A DNA stretch of 40,125 nt from an uncultured archaeon (GCA_963817525.1 CAWFOU010000012.1:1-40125); one strand, 5' to 3'; shown: positions 1-10,461, counted from the first letter of the stretch. The notes: generated by a model from the letters alone, not told the origin. A program made the numbers and translations.

Positions 1-747
1 CCAGCCTTGCGCTTGAGAAGGCTGAACGCGGTCCGCGTCCTGATATCTGCCGGTCTGTGACAATACCTCGGGACCGGTGGCGCTCGTCCTCAGCACGTCG
101 TAGATTATGGAGAGCGATTCGAGCCTGTTTTCGCAGGACGCCTTCGACGCGAGCTCGAGTCCCGCTCCGTCGGTCCACGCCCTGAAGCCCTCGCTCCTGA
201 CCCCCGGCAGAGACTTCATCTGGGACAAGAGGTGGCTGGGCGAGGGCACGACCTCCGATTTTAGGAGTTCCGCGTATGCGTAATCGTACGCGGCTGACAG
301 GAGCCAAAAGTCGGCCTCCCTGAACTCCTCCGCGGGCTGCAGCTCCTCGACCCTGCTGATCCCCTTGAGCGAAGAGGCGAGGTGGGATTCCATGAGCGTG
401 ATGCAGTTGAGCCTGAAATGCTCCCTTGAGTCCGAGATGGCCGTCGCCAATAGCAGCGAACTGTCGCGGAGTGGGACCGCATAGGCGAGCGCGACGGAAA
501 GCTCGGGTGTGGGCTGCCTCACCTCCCTCTCGTTCCTGAAGATTATCCTCGCGTAGCTCCCGCCGACGCTGACGACCTTCTCTGGGATGGGGTCGCGGCT
601 TATCACGAGCAAGTCGTACTCGCACGAGGCCCTGGCCTTCCCCGACGCATGGCACCCGACTATCGCGACCTCGTTGGTTGGGAAGGTCTTGAGCGCGGGC
701 AGAATCGTCTTGACGGTGTCGTCGGTGGACTGGAGCGGTCCCTGCAC
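1..747 (-). CDS. Conserved archaeal hypothetical protein, degenerate nucleotidyltransferase-like N-terminus plus helical C-terminus (runs off the window edge)
   Basis: Not in the ORF track. Manual translation from GTG 747: MQGPLQSTDDTVKTILPALKTFPTNEVAIVGCHASGKARASCEYDLLVISRD...EADFWLLSAAYDYAYAELL...PSPSHLLSQMK. GC-x3-G-x5-CEYDL resembles the GS..G..SDxD NTase motif. Confidence 0.65.
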   Translation of the reverse strand, partial: MQGPLQSTDDTVKTILPALKTFPTNEVAIVGCHASGKARASCEYDLLVISRDPIPEKVVSVGGSYARIIFRNEREVRQPTPELSVALAYAVPLRDSSLLLATAISDSREHFRLNCITLMESHLASSLKGISRVEELQPAEEFREADFWLLSAAYDYAYAELLKSEVVPSPSHLLSQMKSLPGVRSEGFRAWTDGAGLELASKASCENRLESLSIIYDVLRTSATGPEVLSQTGRYQDADRVQPSQAQGW

Positions 748-784
748 GGAGCACGAGCATCCGAGACCAGAGATAAGCCTGACG

Positions 785-1634
785 TTACCTGTTCACTACT
801 ATGATTCCCGAGCGCGACAAGGGCGGTCCCGGCTAGCTCGTTCAACGGCGGGATGCTGAGTGCGAATATCGAGCCCATGATCGTGGCGAAGACCGGGACG
901 AGGAAGAAGTACGACGTGAACTGGGAGGCCGGCATGTGGGACAGGATCCTCCAGTACAATACTATCCCGATCCCGCTCGCGAGAATCACGTTGTATCCAA
1001 GGTACAGCCAGAAGTCCGCGGTCGGGTCGATGAACGGCTTCTCGAAGATGAAGAGCGACGGGATGATGAACACCCCACCGATGAGCGACTGCAGCGAGGT
1101 TATCGCGATGACGTTCATCGTGGGCTTCCACCTCTTGAACATCGCGACGGCGACGGCCCAGGAGAGCGCCCCCACGACCGCATAGATGTCACCGACGACA
1201 AAGGTCGAGGCGATTATGCTTGGCAGGAATATCACGATTATCCCGCCGAACGCCGCGGCGATTCCTACCTTCCTCCTCCGCGTGAGCGCGTCGCCCACGA
1301 ACGGCGAGAGCGCGGCCACGAAGACCGGCTGTGTATAGATGAGTGTGGAGTCGACTCCGGGATTGACGGTGAGGAGGCTCAGGTTCAGCAAGATGAGGAA
1401 GAGCGCAATGTTGAGCAGCCCCATGGCGAGCAGCCACTTGAGGTCCCTTCTCGTGATCCCCTTGATGGCGTACCCGCCGATGGCGAAGATGAACGCTCCC
1501 CCGAGGAACGCTCGCAATAGCGCGAACGTGAACGGGTCCACATAGGCGAGCACGCCCTTGACGACGAAGTAGTTCCCCGCCCACACGAGGCAGATGAAGA
1601 TTATCAGCAGGGTGTCCAGGAGCTTCTCTCGCAT
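785..1634 (-). CDS. EamA/DMT family transporter (frameshift near 3' end)
   Basis: About 10 hydrophobic helices, WAGNY, LLRAFLGG and YTQPVFV motifs. Removing one base near 806 gives ...VALGIIVVNR* (TAA at 785-787); the ORF-track tail to 660 is an artefact. Confidence 0.9.
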
Positions 1635-1677
1635 CAGTCCACGCCGCCTGTGCCCCGCTCCAAAAAATCTCTTCCTT

Positions 1678-2706
1678 TCACGCCGTGATGAGGGCCTTCA
1701 TGCACTGCTGCTGGTCGGCTATCGCGAAGGCCTCGCCCGACCTTTCGAGCGGGAACCTGTGCGTAATCATGTCCGAAACGACGATGCCACCACCCGCGAG
1801 CAGCTTGAGCGCCTCGTTCGTCTCCACCTCGCTGGCCGCGTAGCTCGAGACCAGCCTGGTACCGTTGAGGAAGAAGCGTGCTATGTCTATCGTCGCCTTT
1901 GCGTCCTTCTTCGGGGCCCCGAAGAGCAGCACGGTACCTCCGCGTCCTACGACGCGCGTCGCCTCCTCGAAGGCGGCCGCGCTCCCCGTGGCGAGGAGGA
2001 TCAGCTCCGGTCCACCCGGGAGCGACGAGAGGGCCCTGTCGCGTTCCTCTGAGTTCGCAGCGCTGAAGGTGGCGTCTGCTCCCATCTTCGTGGCCAGACC
2101 GAGCCTGTAGTCACTGATATCCGAGACGACTATCCTCTTCTTCCCGTACGTCCTGAGCAGCTTCAGGTGCAGGAGCCCGACCGGTCCGGCCCCGTAGATC
2201 AGGACGGTGCCCGCAGCCCTCGCGTTGGTCCTCCCCAGGCCGCGGATGCAGCAAGCGAGGGGCTCGATGAAGCTCGCCTCCTCATATCCGAGGTTCCCTG
2301 GAAGCGGGAGGACCGCCCCTCTGTCCACGTTGTACTTCGGGACGATGAAGTACTCCGCGAGCCCGCACGGCAGCAGGTTGTGCTTCGAGTACTCTGCGCA
2401 CAGGGTCTGCTCTCCCCGCCCGCAGAGCTCGCACGCCCCGCAGGGCACGTGGTGGTGAGCGTACACCCTCTGGCCGACCGTGAATCCGCTGACGCCAGCG
2501 CCTAGCTCCGCCACCTCCCCGACCTCCTCGTGTCCGAGGATCCTCGAGGTGATGCCGTGACCGTGTATCTTCTCGAGGTCCGTCCCGCAGACGCCGCAGC
2601 ATCTCAGCCTCACCAGGACCTCGCCCTCGGCGGGTGATGGCCTGGGCACCTCGGTGACCTTCACCTCGCCGGGTGCGTCGATGAGGACTGCCTTCAAGCG
2701 AATCAC
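1678..2706 (-). CDS. Zn-dependent medium-chain dehydrogenase (sorbitol/threonine dehydrogenase-like)
   Basis: CGVCGTD, GHE, structural Zn CGACELC...C, EPLAC, GAGPVG Rossmann motif, ITHRFPLE. Confidence 0.92.
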   Translation of the reverse strand: MIRLKAVLIDAPGEVKVTEVPRPSPAEGEVLVRLRCCGVCGTDLEKIHGHGITSRILGHEEVGEVAELGAGVSGFTVGQRVYAHHHVPCGACELCGRGEQTLCAEYSKHNLLPCGLAEYFIVPKYNVDRGAVLPLPGNLGYEEASFIEPLACCIRGLGRTNARAAGTVLIYGAGPVGLLHLKLLRTYGKKRIVVSDISDYRLGLATKMGADATFSAANSEERDRALSSLPGGPELILLATGSAAAFEEATRVVGRGGTVLLFGAPKKDAKATIDIARFFLNGTRLVSSYAASEVETNEALKLLAGGGIVVSDMITHRFPLERSGEAFAIADQQQCMKALITA

Positions 2707-2748
2707 TACTCCCTCGGCGGCGCTCGGGTCACGAGATAAGGCCTTCCC

Positions 2749-2889
2749 TCACTTGGGGAGACCGGAGACGTCCTCGCAGTCGAGGATGGCGCCACATGAT
2801 GGACATCGAAACTTGCAGGTCTGTATCTCCACCATCTTCGTGCCACAGTAGCAGATCTCGCACCGGCAAGGATTTCGTAATTGAGCCAC
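2749..2889 (-). CDS. Small CPxCG-type zinc-finger protein (46 aa)
   Basis: Manual translation from GTG: MAQLRNPCRCEICYCGTKMVEIQTCKFRCPSCGAILDCEDVSGLPK*. Below the ORF-track cutoff; fills the intergenic gap. Confidence 0.7.
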   Translation of the reverse strand: MAQLRNPCRCEICYCGTKMVEIQTCKFRCPSCGAILDCEDVSGLPK

Positions 2890-2966
2890 TATCCTTATAG
2901 ACTTTCGAGGAGCGATTCTCTCACCTTATTCTCGGAAGCGTTCTGGAGACTGGAGATAGATAGGAA

Positions 2967-3644
2967 TTGAGACGACCCGAAAGCGGGCGGCGGTTTCGAC
3001 GACAGTGGCGTTCTCTTCCTCTCGTAGGTGTGGCCGTCGTGGGAGGACTTTCGTACTACGTCTTCTCGTCCGCCGCAAAGGGCACAGCGACGCTCTCGAC
3101 CACCAGCATCGACCAGACCACGGGCACCCGGTCAACGACTTCGCTTGCGACCGGTTCGAGCGGTCAGACGACAACGAGCACTACGACTTTTTTTGATACG
3201 TCATCCGAGGCTTCGACTACGAGCATATCCTCTACACTCCGCTCCAGTGCGACCTCCGACCAGACATCCTCGGCTTCAACCTCAACCGCCTCCACGACGA
3301 GCTCGAGCGGCTTTGTCGTGCCTCCCGGAGGTTCCGAGGTGGTCATCCCTCCGGGGATTCAGGACGCAAACGCCAAGCAGCAGAACATCACTTACGACCC
3401 CGTCGACATTAGGGTCGTAATCGGAGTGAACAGCACGATATACTTCTACGACGCCGACATGCAGGACGTCGAAGGCCACATCCTCGAGACCAACTCGTGG
3501 CCCAACGCCGCCCAACCCTTCGCCTTCGACATCCTTCCAGGACAGGTGGTGAACGTCACCCTCACCGTTCCCGGGACCTACAACTACAACTGCGAGTGGC
3601 ACCCAGTCTGGATGGACGGGACAATAGTCGCGGTAGCAGGGTAG
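2967..3644 (+). CDS. Membrane-anchored blue (type 1) copper protein, cupredoxin/plastocyanin-like, with Ser/Thr-rich linker
   Basis: Arg-rich N-terminus, one TM helix, long S/T linker, then H(ILET)...PGTYNYNCEWHPVWM with C-x2-H-x3-M copper ligands. Confidence 0.85.
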   Translation: MRRPESGRRFRRQWRSLPLVGVAVVGGLSYYVFSSAAKGTATLSTTSIDQTTGTRSTTSLATGSSGQTTTSTTTFFDTSSEASTTSISSTLRSSATSDQTSSASTSTASTTSSSGFVVPPGGSEVVIPPGIQDANAKQQNITYDPVDIRVVIGVNSTIYFYDADMQDVEGHILETNSWPNAAQPFAFDILPGQVVNVTLTVPGTYNYNCEWHPVWMDGTIVAVAG

Positions 3645-3651
3645 CGTAGAG

Positions 3652-5171
3652 TTGCAGGAACCCACCCGAAAGGTCGGGAGGAATGCAGTCATGGTTTTCG
3701 CAGTCGTGGTCTTGCTGGTCGTGGGTTTGTTCGCCGCCTACACTTCCTTGGCTCCTGAATCTTCTTCCCCCTCCATATCGAGCTCATCGTCCACTGCCTC
3801 CGGCGGTTGCCTATCAGCCCTCTGGCGTAGAGAAGGCCCAGCTGAGCGCTACGAACTTCGGTGAGGTGACAACGTACGCCCTCCCGAAGCCGCTCAAGGC
3901 TCCCAACTCGATAGCATCCGCATCCGACGGCTCCGTATGGTTCGGTGAGATAGGGCTCAGGGGGGTAGCGCACCTCTTCCTCAACGGAACTCTACTGGAG
4001 TACGCATGGCCCGCCTCCGACTTCTCCCCCTCGGAGAACTGCCTTGACATCAACGCGCTCTGGGGACTCGCAATCTGGCACGGTCTCGTCTGGGCCACGG
4101 ACTATTCGAACGACCAGATAGTCGGGCTCGTGCCTTCGAACGACACCTTCCACACCATCGCACTTGCGCCCGGCGACGCTCCCGCGGTTCCTCGCCATCG
4201 ACCAGGCGGGGAACCTCTGGTTCACTTCGTCATCGACGACCGCCACGGAGATAGGGGTGCTCGACTCGCCGACTGCAACGCCGCGCTACTTCGATGTCCC
4301 CGCCGGCGCCGGGCAGATTTCCGCGTCCATAGTCATCTACAACTCCAGCCTCGCCTACGTGGTGACCGTCAACCAGTCGAACGCCGCGGGTGAGGTCTTC
4401 TCCTTCGACCCGGCCTCCTCCCAACCGGCGTTCGCCGAAGTCGGATCCAACCAGAGCCTCCTGGCTCCCTATAGCGCCGCCGTTGCGAACGGTGGCATCT
4501 GGGTCGGGGAGCACGACGCCTCCGACGTCGCCTTCCTACAACCAGACCTCCTCGCAGTGGTCGTTCTATCCGACCTCGGTGAATCCCGAGGTCCCGCTCA
4601 CGCTCCCTTACTATCTGCTCGCCAACGGAAGCTCCGTCTGGTTCAACGAGCACGACAGCAACAAGATAGCGGAGCTCACCGGCGCGACGTCCTTCACGGA
4701 GTTCAACATCTCCAGCTCGCCGTTGGGCAGCCCCGTGGTGGGCGGCGTGGGGAACGCGCTGACTATAGGCCTCGACCACAACCTCGTGTGGTTCACGGAG
4801 TGGACCGGCAATAAGGTCGGGTTTGTCAACGCCTCAATCTCACCAGCGTTCTCGATAACCTCGTATGCGAACTCCACCCTCACGAGCGTCGCTCCAGGGT
4901 CCTCCACCAGCGTCCCCTTCACATTAACGAGCGCGACCTCCGCGACCCTCACCATGCAGTTCGCCGACTCCGAGTCTCACACCGCGATTCCAGTGGACCT
5001 CTCCTTCAACTCGAGCATAGCCCTACATCGACGGCCTCTCCGGGCGCGTGACTCGGGGGCGCTGACAATAAGCGCGAAGCCCGGAACGCCCGCCGGAGAG
5101 TACCTCGTCCTCCTCACCGTCACCGACAGATAACCTACCGGTCAGTCTACATCCCCGTCGAGGTCACGTGA
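3652..5171 (+). CDS. Membrane-anchored Vgb/streptogramin-lyase-like beta-propeller protein (several frameshifts)
   Basis: Joined from ORFs 3652, 3683, 4164 and 4390: N-terminal TM helix, repeated blades (DGSVWFGE, GNLWFT, GGIWVGEH, SSVWFNEH, NLVWFTEW), Ig-like tail ending ...VYIPVEVT*. Confidence 0.8.
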
Positions 5172-5217
5172 GAGCATGCGAAAAGCGTTTAAGCGCTCGG
5201 TTGCGACTGCGTCACGA

Positions 5218-5428
5218 ATGCCCGCCGAGGACGAAGACTCAAGCAAGCCCGAGGTTAGTGAGGAGGGGCGTCCTCGCCTAGTGCCCAGGCTGTGCCCTTC
5301 GTGCCTCACCCCCTGCAACGGAGTGAGCGAGCTCGGGGGATGGATGCCCCACAGGACTACTACTGCCCCAACTGCGGCTACCCGGGACACGCCTATCTCG
5401 AAGCCATCCCGACAAGCCGGCGGACTGA
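5218..5428 (+). CDS. Small zinc-ribbon protein (frameshifted)
   Basis: MPAED...RLCPSCLTP...LGGWM, then in another frame PQDYYCPNCGYPGHAYLE: two CxxC pairs. TTTAAG at 5188-5193. 3' end approximate. Confidence 0.65.
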
Positions 5429-5433
5429 GACGT

Positions 5434-6464
5434 TTGGAAACTCCGCACTGGAACGCTTTCGGCATGCTCTACGCGGCGATAATGCGGATCACGTCGTCAT
5501 GCTCGTGCTGTCCATCCCATACGGGACGTACGCCTTATTCTACACCCACCTCTCCTCGACGTCCACGCCGCCCGTGAACGCCCAGAGTCATCCACCGACG
5601 TGCCGTTATACATCGGTCTGCTGACTGTCGAGCTGCCGGTCAGCCCCACCTTCGGCATGCTCTTCCTCGGGCCTCACCGCGTATCTATCTGCGTGATGAT
5701 CATGGCCTTCGCGCTGTACGACGGCGGCGGATTCGTGCGGGCGCTCGTCAGCTCCACCAGAGGGAGGGACTCCAGGCGCTGCTCCGAGAACCCGTTCTCA
5801 GCGATGATCAGTGATTCTCGGCGCGACACTCCTCGCGACCGTCATCCTGCAGGACCTTCAGACCCCGTGGGCGTGCGGACCGGGGGGCTCTCCGGCGACC
5901 CCTTCCTGCTTCTTCATGGACCTTCACTCTTCGCCTCTGATCGAGGAGATAGGCTACAGGTTCTTCCTCATCGGCGTCCCGCTCGCCGTGCTTCTGCTCG
6001 CCACACGCCCGAAGCCGCGGGAAGTCCTCAGGACCCTCTGGAGGCCATCCGCGGCGTGGGAGCAACGACGCGACGGCCGACCCGGAGCACATGCAGGTTC
6101 CAACAAGAGCACCCTAAGGAACTTCACCTACTTCCTCATCGCGTTCAGCTCGATCCTCTTCGGCCTCGCCCACTATCTCTCGGGGGCCGGCTGGGAGGTG
6201 GGCAAGATCAGCGAGGCCGCTCTCGACGGCGTCGCCCTCGCATACCTCTACGTCCGCTACGGGCTGCACGCTAGCATCATATTCCACTGGGCTGGTCGAC
6301 TACGCATCGAACGCGTTCGCCTTCTATGGCCAGGGAGTCTACGGCATCTCCTGGACCGCAAATTCCGTCGAACTGGTCCTAACATCCCGACGCTCGACAT
6401 ACTCTTCTTCGTGGGCATCCCCGGCTTACTCTCGTCGTCAACATCTTCCTCAAAGGGCATATAA
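5434..6464 (+). CDS. CPBP (CAAX/Abi-like) intramembrane glutamic protease (frameshifted)
   Basis: PLIEEIGYR (EExxxR), FGLAH and LYVRYGLHASIIFHW motifs; multiple TM segments. Ends approximate. Confidence 0.8.
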
Positions 6465-6488
6465 GGCCGAGAGAGCAGACCACCGCCG

Positions 6489-7031
6489 ATGACAGTAGTC
6501 GGCAAATCAATCCTGGCACAGCTGGTGGAACAAGTACAAGGTTATCTCCCCGACGATTCCTGAAGGCTTCGACGGGGACGGTTACGTGCTGACCGTCAGG
6601 GAGGACAGGACCCTGAACTACCTCGAGCACAGGAACATGATCTCCAAGGAGGTCATCTTCACGCCTCCCAACTACGTCGCCCACCTGACCGCGAAGAGCA
6701 GGTTCGGGAGGATGGGCCTCTCATTCCTCAACTCCGTCAAGGTCCACAGCGGTTTCGTCGGCCGGCTCGCGCTCGAGCTTGTGAACCTGAACAACGAGAG
6801 GTCTCCGATAACCATCAAGCAGCGGCGACCCGCTCATCCACATCGAGTTCATCACGAGGGAGGGCGAGCCCGATCCCTACAGGGGGGACTACATGTTCCA
6901 GTACATGGACCAGGCCGAGGCCGACAAGTACTGCGCAGATCCTTTCGACCGACTTCCCAACGCTCTTCACAGCCGCTGAGCTGGAGAGGAAGATGAAGCA
7001 GAGCAGAGTGAACAGCGAACTGAGTTGTTAG
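6489..7031 (+). CDS. dcd: dCTP deaminase/trimeric dUTPase family protein (frameshifted)
   Basis: SKEVIFTPPNYVAHLTAKSRFGRMGL...VHSGFVGRLALELVNL...GDPLIHIEF...PYRGDYMFQ. Ends with TAG 7029-7031 followed by TTTTT. Confidence 0.75.
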
Positions 7032-7105
7032 CTTTTTCATGGAGAAATCGACATTATCCCAAGAATACGCTAAGTTTAAGGGCGCGGCCATGCTGACCAC
7101 GTGGC

Positions 7106-7227
7106 ATGACTATCGACCAAAAGGTCCGATACGGAATGATGGCTGTGGCGGCCGCGAGGTTTTCTTCTGGCGAGCCTAGGACTTGCACATCGGCCCTCTC
7201 GACCCGACCGGCGTCCCGGACCGCTGA
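7106..7227 (+). CDS. Putative small membrane/secreted peptide (~40 aa, probably frameshifted)
   Basis: TTTAAG at 7075-7080 lies 26 bp before ATG 7106. MTIDQKVRYGMMAVAAA, then with frame corrections FLLASLGL.HIGPLDPTGVPDR*. Confidence 0.4.
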
Positions 7228-7243
7228 CCTGAGACGAAGAGCT

Positions 7244-8467
7244 AAGGACTCTGAAGTCGGACGGCACGGCGCGAGCCGTGCCCTCCCTTATTTCTAACAG
7301 CAGTTTGTCACAGTCGCGCGCGAGCCGGGCCCGTTGAACTGCCACCTCTGCCTCGCTTCGTCGTAGAGCTCCGGGATTATCGTGAAGGCGAGCGAGTTCG
7401 TCTGGTCGACTATGAAGTACTTTGCGGTGCTCCTCGTGTCCGCGATGACCTCGGCGAGGTACTGCAGGCCCTCCGTCAGGCGACTCGATGGGGAAGACGA
7501 GCTCCGCCTCGTAGGTGTCGCCCACCGCCTCGGACCAGATGAACGGCAGCTGGTTCAGCCTCGCCATGACCTCGAGCCTCCTCGCCTGGTCCAGGTCCGT
7601 GAACATAACCACGACCCACAGGTAGGTGTGCTTCTTGTTGGCCGACCTCTCTGCCTTGTAGTCGTACGTCGTCCCCATCCACTTGATGACGTATCCTTTG
7701 ATGAGCTTCCTCTCCTCGATGTGCTTCCTGAAGTGCCAGGTGAGCGTCTTGTAGTTGATCTTAAGCGACTCGGCCATCTCGGCGAGCGTCCTGTTCCCGT
7801 CCATCTGAAGCTGCTTCAGGATGAGCAGGTCCGACATGTCGAATTTCTCCTTCCCGGAGGGCAGCGTGCGCGGCGGCCTGCCTGTCGAGCTTCTTCTCGG
7901 TCGACCAGTCGAAGTCCCACGCGCCCTCGTCGAAGTCGTAATGTTCGGTCTTCATCGGCGGGTTGCGGAACCACTGGAAGGTGTGGAACTCCAGCGACTT
8001 GAAGATCCCTCCTGCTCTGGAGAGTCCCGAAGAACTCCCTGTAGTCCTCGAGGCACTCGTCCGGCACCGAAGCGTGGACGATGTACTTCCCGTCGGGCAG
8101 CACCTTCTCGAAGCTCACCAGGAAACCCTCTCGCTGAGCAGCCTCATCATCCTCTGGGCGACGCGCTTGTAAGCGTCGGCGAAGTCGATGAGCATGATCA
8201 CACGCTCTGAGCCCCAGCTTCTCGTGGTCGATCGCGACGTGGACGGCGAATCCCTTGCTCAGAAGCTTCTCCTTGTACCTGTACCTGACGCTCTCCTTGA
8301 ACTGGCCCGAGCTGCCTTGCTATCTCGGAGATATTCGGCCCGATCTCTGTAATCATCCGGGCGAGCTGGCCGGTCTTAACGTTGGAACTGGCTTCCTCTC
8401 CGGAGACGTTCGGGTTTGGCGTAGGGCCATAGGAATAACCTAACCCGTTGGCTTGAAGCCCTTCCAT
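7244..8467 (-). CDS. Double winged-helix Lrp/AsnC-like transcriptional regulator (frameshifted)
   Basis: HTH1 IGPNISEIARQLG..KESVRYRY...IDHEKLGL; HTH2 DMSDLLILKQLQMDGNRTLAEMAESLKINYKTLTWHF. Joined from ORFs 8198, 7816, 7761 and 7076; 3' end approximate. Confidence 0.7.
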
Positions 8468-8557
8468 ACTTATATATTGCATATCACGCAGTTTATGTAA
8501 AATCTAAGTCTTCTTAGAAGAATAAAGGAAGAACCTGGCCCGAGAGGGCCCAATTTT

Positions 8558-9500
8558 CTAGATGCTGAGGGCCGACCTGCAGGCCCTTGTAGCGGTTTCT
8601 GATAGTTACCTCTGTCACACCCGCGGCCTCCGCTACGTCGCGCTGGGTCTTGTCCTCTCCCTCGAGGGTGCAGGAGACGTAGAGCGCGGCTGCGGCCAGG
8701 CCCATGGGGTCCTTGCCCGGCGGATATCCTCGCTTCCTCGGCCTTCTTGAGTATCTCGAGTGCCCTCCTCTTGGTCTTCTCCGAGAGGCCCGCCCTGGAA
8801 GCGATCCTCGAGACGCACTTGGTCGGGTCCACCACGGGCATCTTGATGTCCATCTCCTTGAGGAGCAGCCGGTAGCACCGGGCGATGTCCTTCTTCTTCA
8901 CGTTGGAGACGACGCGCAAGGTCCTTCAGGGTCCTCGGAGTCTCCCTGTCCCGGCAAGCAGCATAGAGCGACGCCGCGATGATGGCTGAGATCGACCTTC
9001 CCCTTACCAGTCCCCTCTCCAGGCGCCTTTCTGTAGATGTACGCCGCCTTTTCGACTACGGCATCAGAGACCGCCAGCTTGTCCGAAAGCCTATCGAGCT
9101 CGCTGAATGCCTGTCTAAGATTCCTGTCCATCGGCTCGTGGACCTGGCTCCTGCTGTCCCAAGTCCTGAGCCTCTCCACTGTCGCCTTCATCGATGCGGA
9201 AAGAGACTTGCCTGAGGCGTCCTTGTTGACGCCGCCGATGACCGTGGCGAGTCCCATGTCGTGCATTGCTATCGAGGTCGGGATTCCTCCCCGGGAGCGG
9301 TCGTCCTTCTCCTCCTTCGAAAATGCCCTCCACTCGGGTCCGACCTCCTCGATCTTCTCCTTAACGACGAATCCGCAGTTGCTGCAGAAGAGCTCCCCTC
9401 CGTTGGTGTCCACTATCATGGGACCCTTGCCGCAGCGGGGGCACTTGTCCAGTGCCTTCTGCAGTTTCATCAGCCGCGAGAAGTCTCTTTCGTAGGTCAT
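8558..9500 (-). CDS. tfb: Transcription initiation factor IIB (frameshifted)
   Basis: Zn ribbon CPRCG...CSNCG, GPEWRAF, B-reader HDMGLAT, cyclin repeats, [33 protein letters not shown]. Confidence 0.96.
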
Positions 9501-9517
9501 CGCAACAAGCACACGAA

Positions 9518-9532
9518 AAGATTTTTAATCTT
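9518..9532. promoter_or_regulatory. tfb TATA-like box inside the palindrome AAGATT-N3-AATCTT
   Basis: Minus strand reads ATTAAAAA ~25 bp upstream of the tfb ATG, embedded in a 6-3-6 inverted repeat. Confidence 0.45.
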
Positions 9533-9695
9533 CGAACCCGGCTGGAGCCGTCAAATATATTTAAGTGTTATGGATTCTTCATCTATTTTGCAGTCAAGTG
9601 GCAAAGAATCATATAATCTCCACACTAGTTACGGCGGCCAAATATGGAATAATTCAGATTAATGGACCATGATATTGCAAACCCTCGCGGAGCGC

Positions 9696-9710
9696 TGAGC
9701 AATTTGCTCA
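9696..9710. promoter_or_regulatory. Perfect palindrome TGAGCAA-T-TTGCTCA, putative operator
   Basis: 7-1-7 inverted repeat in the AT-rich divergent intergenic region, directly before TTTATGTA (9713-9720). Confidence 0.45.
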
Positions 9711-9820
9711 TGTTTATGTATGTGCCGCGTCTTTCCATATAGCCGCACTAAGACGGAGATGTGGAAGATAGTTTCATCACGACTTTTATAGAACAAGAGG
9801 CCATGCCGTTCGTACGCGGC

Positions 9821-10461
9821 ATGCAGGGGCTCCTTTTGTTAGAGAACGTTCTCCAGTTCGTAGGGGCATTCGTCGCGTTTTCTATAGCGATAGTCTCCTA
9901 CAAGGGTGTCAGGCAGACCAGGAGCTCTCGCTCCTCAGGCTTGCGGCGGCTTTCGTCTTTCTGGGTGCCGGCTTCCTGCTGGAGGGGCTATACGGCTTCG
10001 GCACGCTGGACGCTGATTCCTGGCTTGGAGGTGTCGCTCACGACGCTGTTGATAGCTGGTCTGTTCCTGGAGACGGCAGGATACTTCTTCCTCGCGTTCT
10101 CCCACATGCTCGACGTATTCTTCGACAAGAGGATGGGCGTGATGCTGGTCTTCTTCCCGCTGATGGCGATCAACCAGAGAGCCTCGCCGTGGTACTGACG
10201 AGCCTCTCGTTCTACTTCATCCTCTACGGAGTCGTGGAGACTTTGTTCGCCTACTCGAAGAACAGGAACCCGAACACGCTCCTCATCGCGTCGGGACTGG
10301 CGGTGCTTGCATGCGGGTGGTGGATATCGCTGATGAGCCCGGACAGACTCTTGTTAAATATAATACAGCTTTTGATGAAAGAAGTTGGACTGGTGACACT
10401 ATTCATCCCAGTCCTCAAGTTCTCTCTCACTAAGAAGGGTGGTTGGAATGGCCCAGTATAG
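9821..10461 (+). CDS. Multi-pass (about 7 TM) membrane protein of unknown function (frameshifted)
   Basis: Hydrophobic segments across ORFs 9761 and 10189. TTTTATA at 9784-9790 suggests a start at ATG 9821. Stop overlaps the next gene. Confidence 0.65.

Noticed and set aside
3080-3310. Low-complexity ACG/TCC-rich stretch as a DNA repeat or CRISPR array
   Set aside because: It encodes the Ser/Thr linker of the cupredoxin; there is no fixed repeat-spacer periodicity.
3652-5171. Vgb-like gene as streptogramin resistance
   Set aside because: Membrane anchor, stalk and Ig-like tail, no mobile context; only the propeller fold is shared.
5434-6464. 'Abi' protease as an anti-phage system
   Set aside because: The CPBP 'Abi' name does not imply abortive infection, and no defence genes are nearby.
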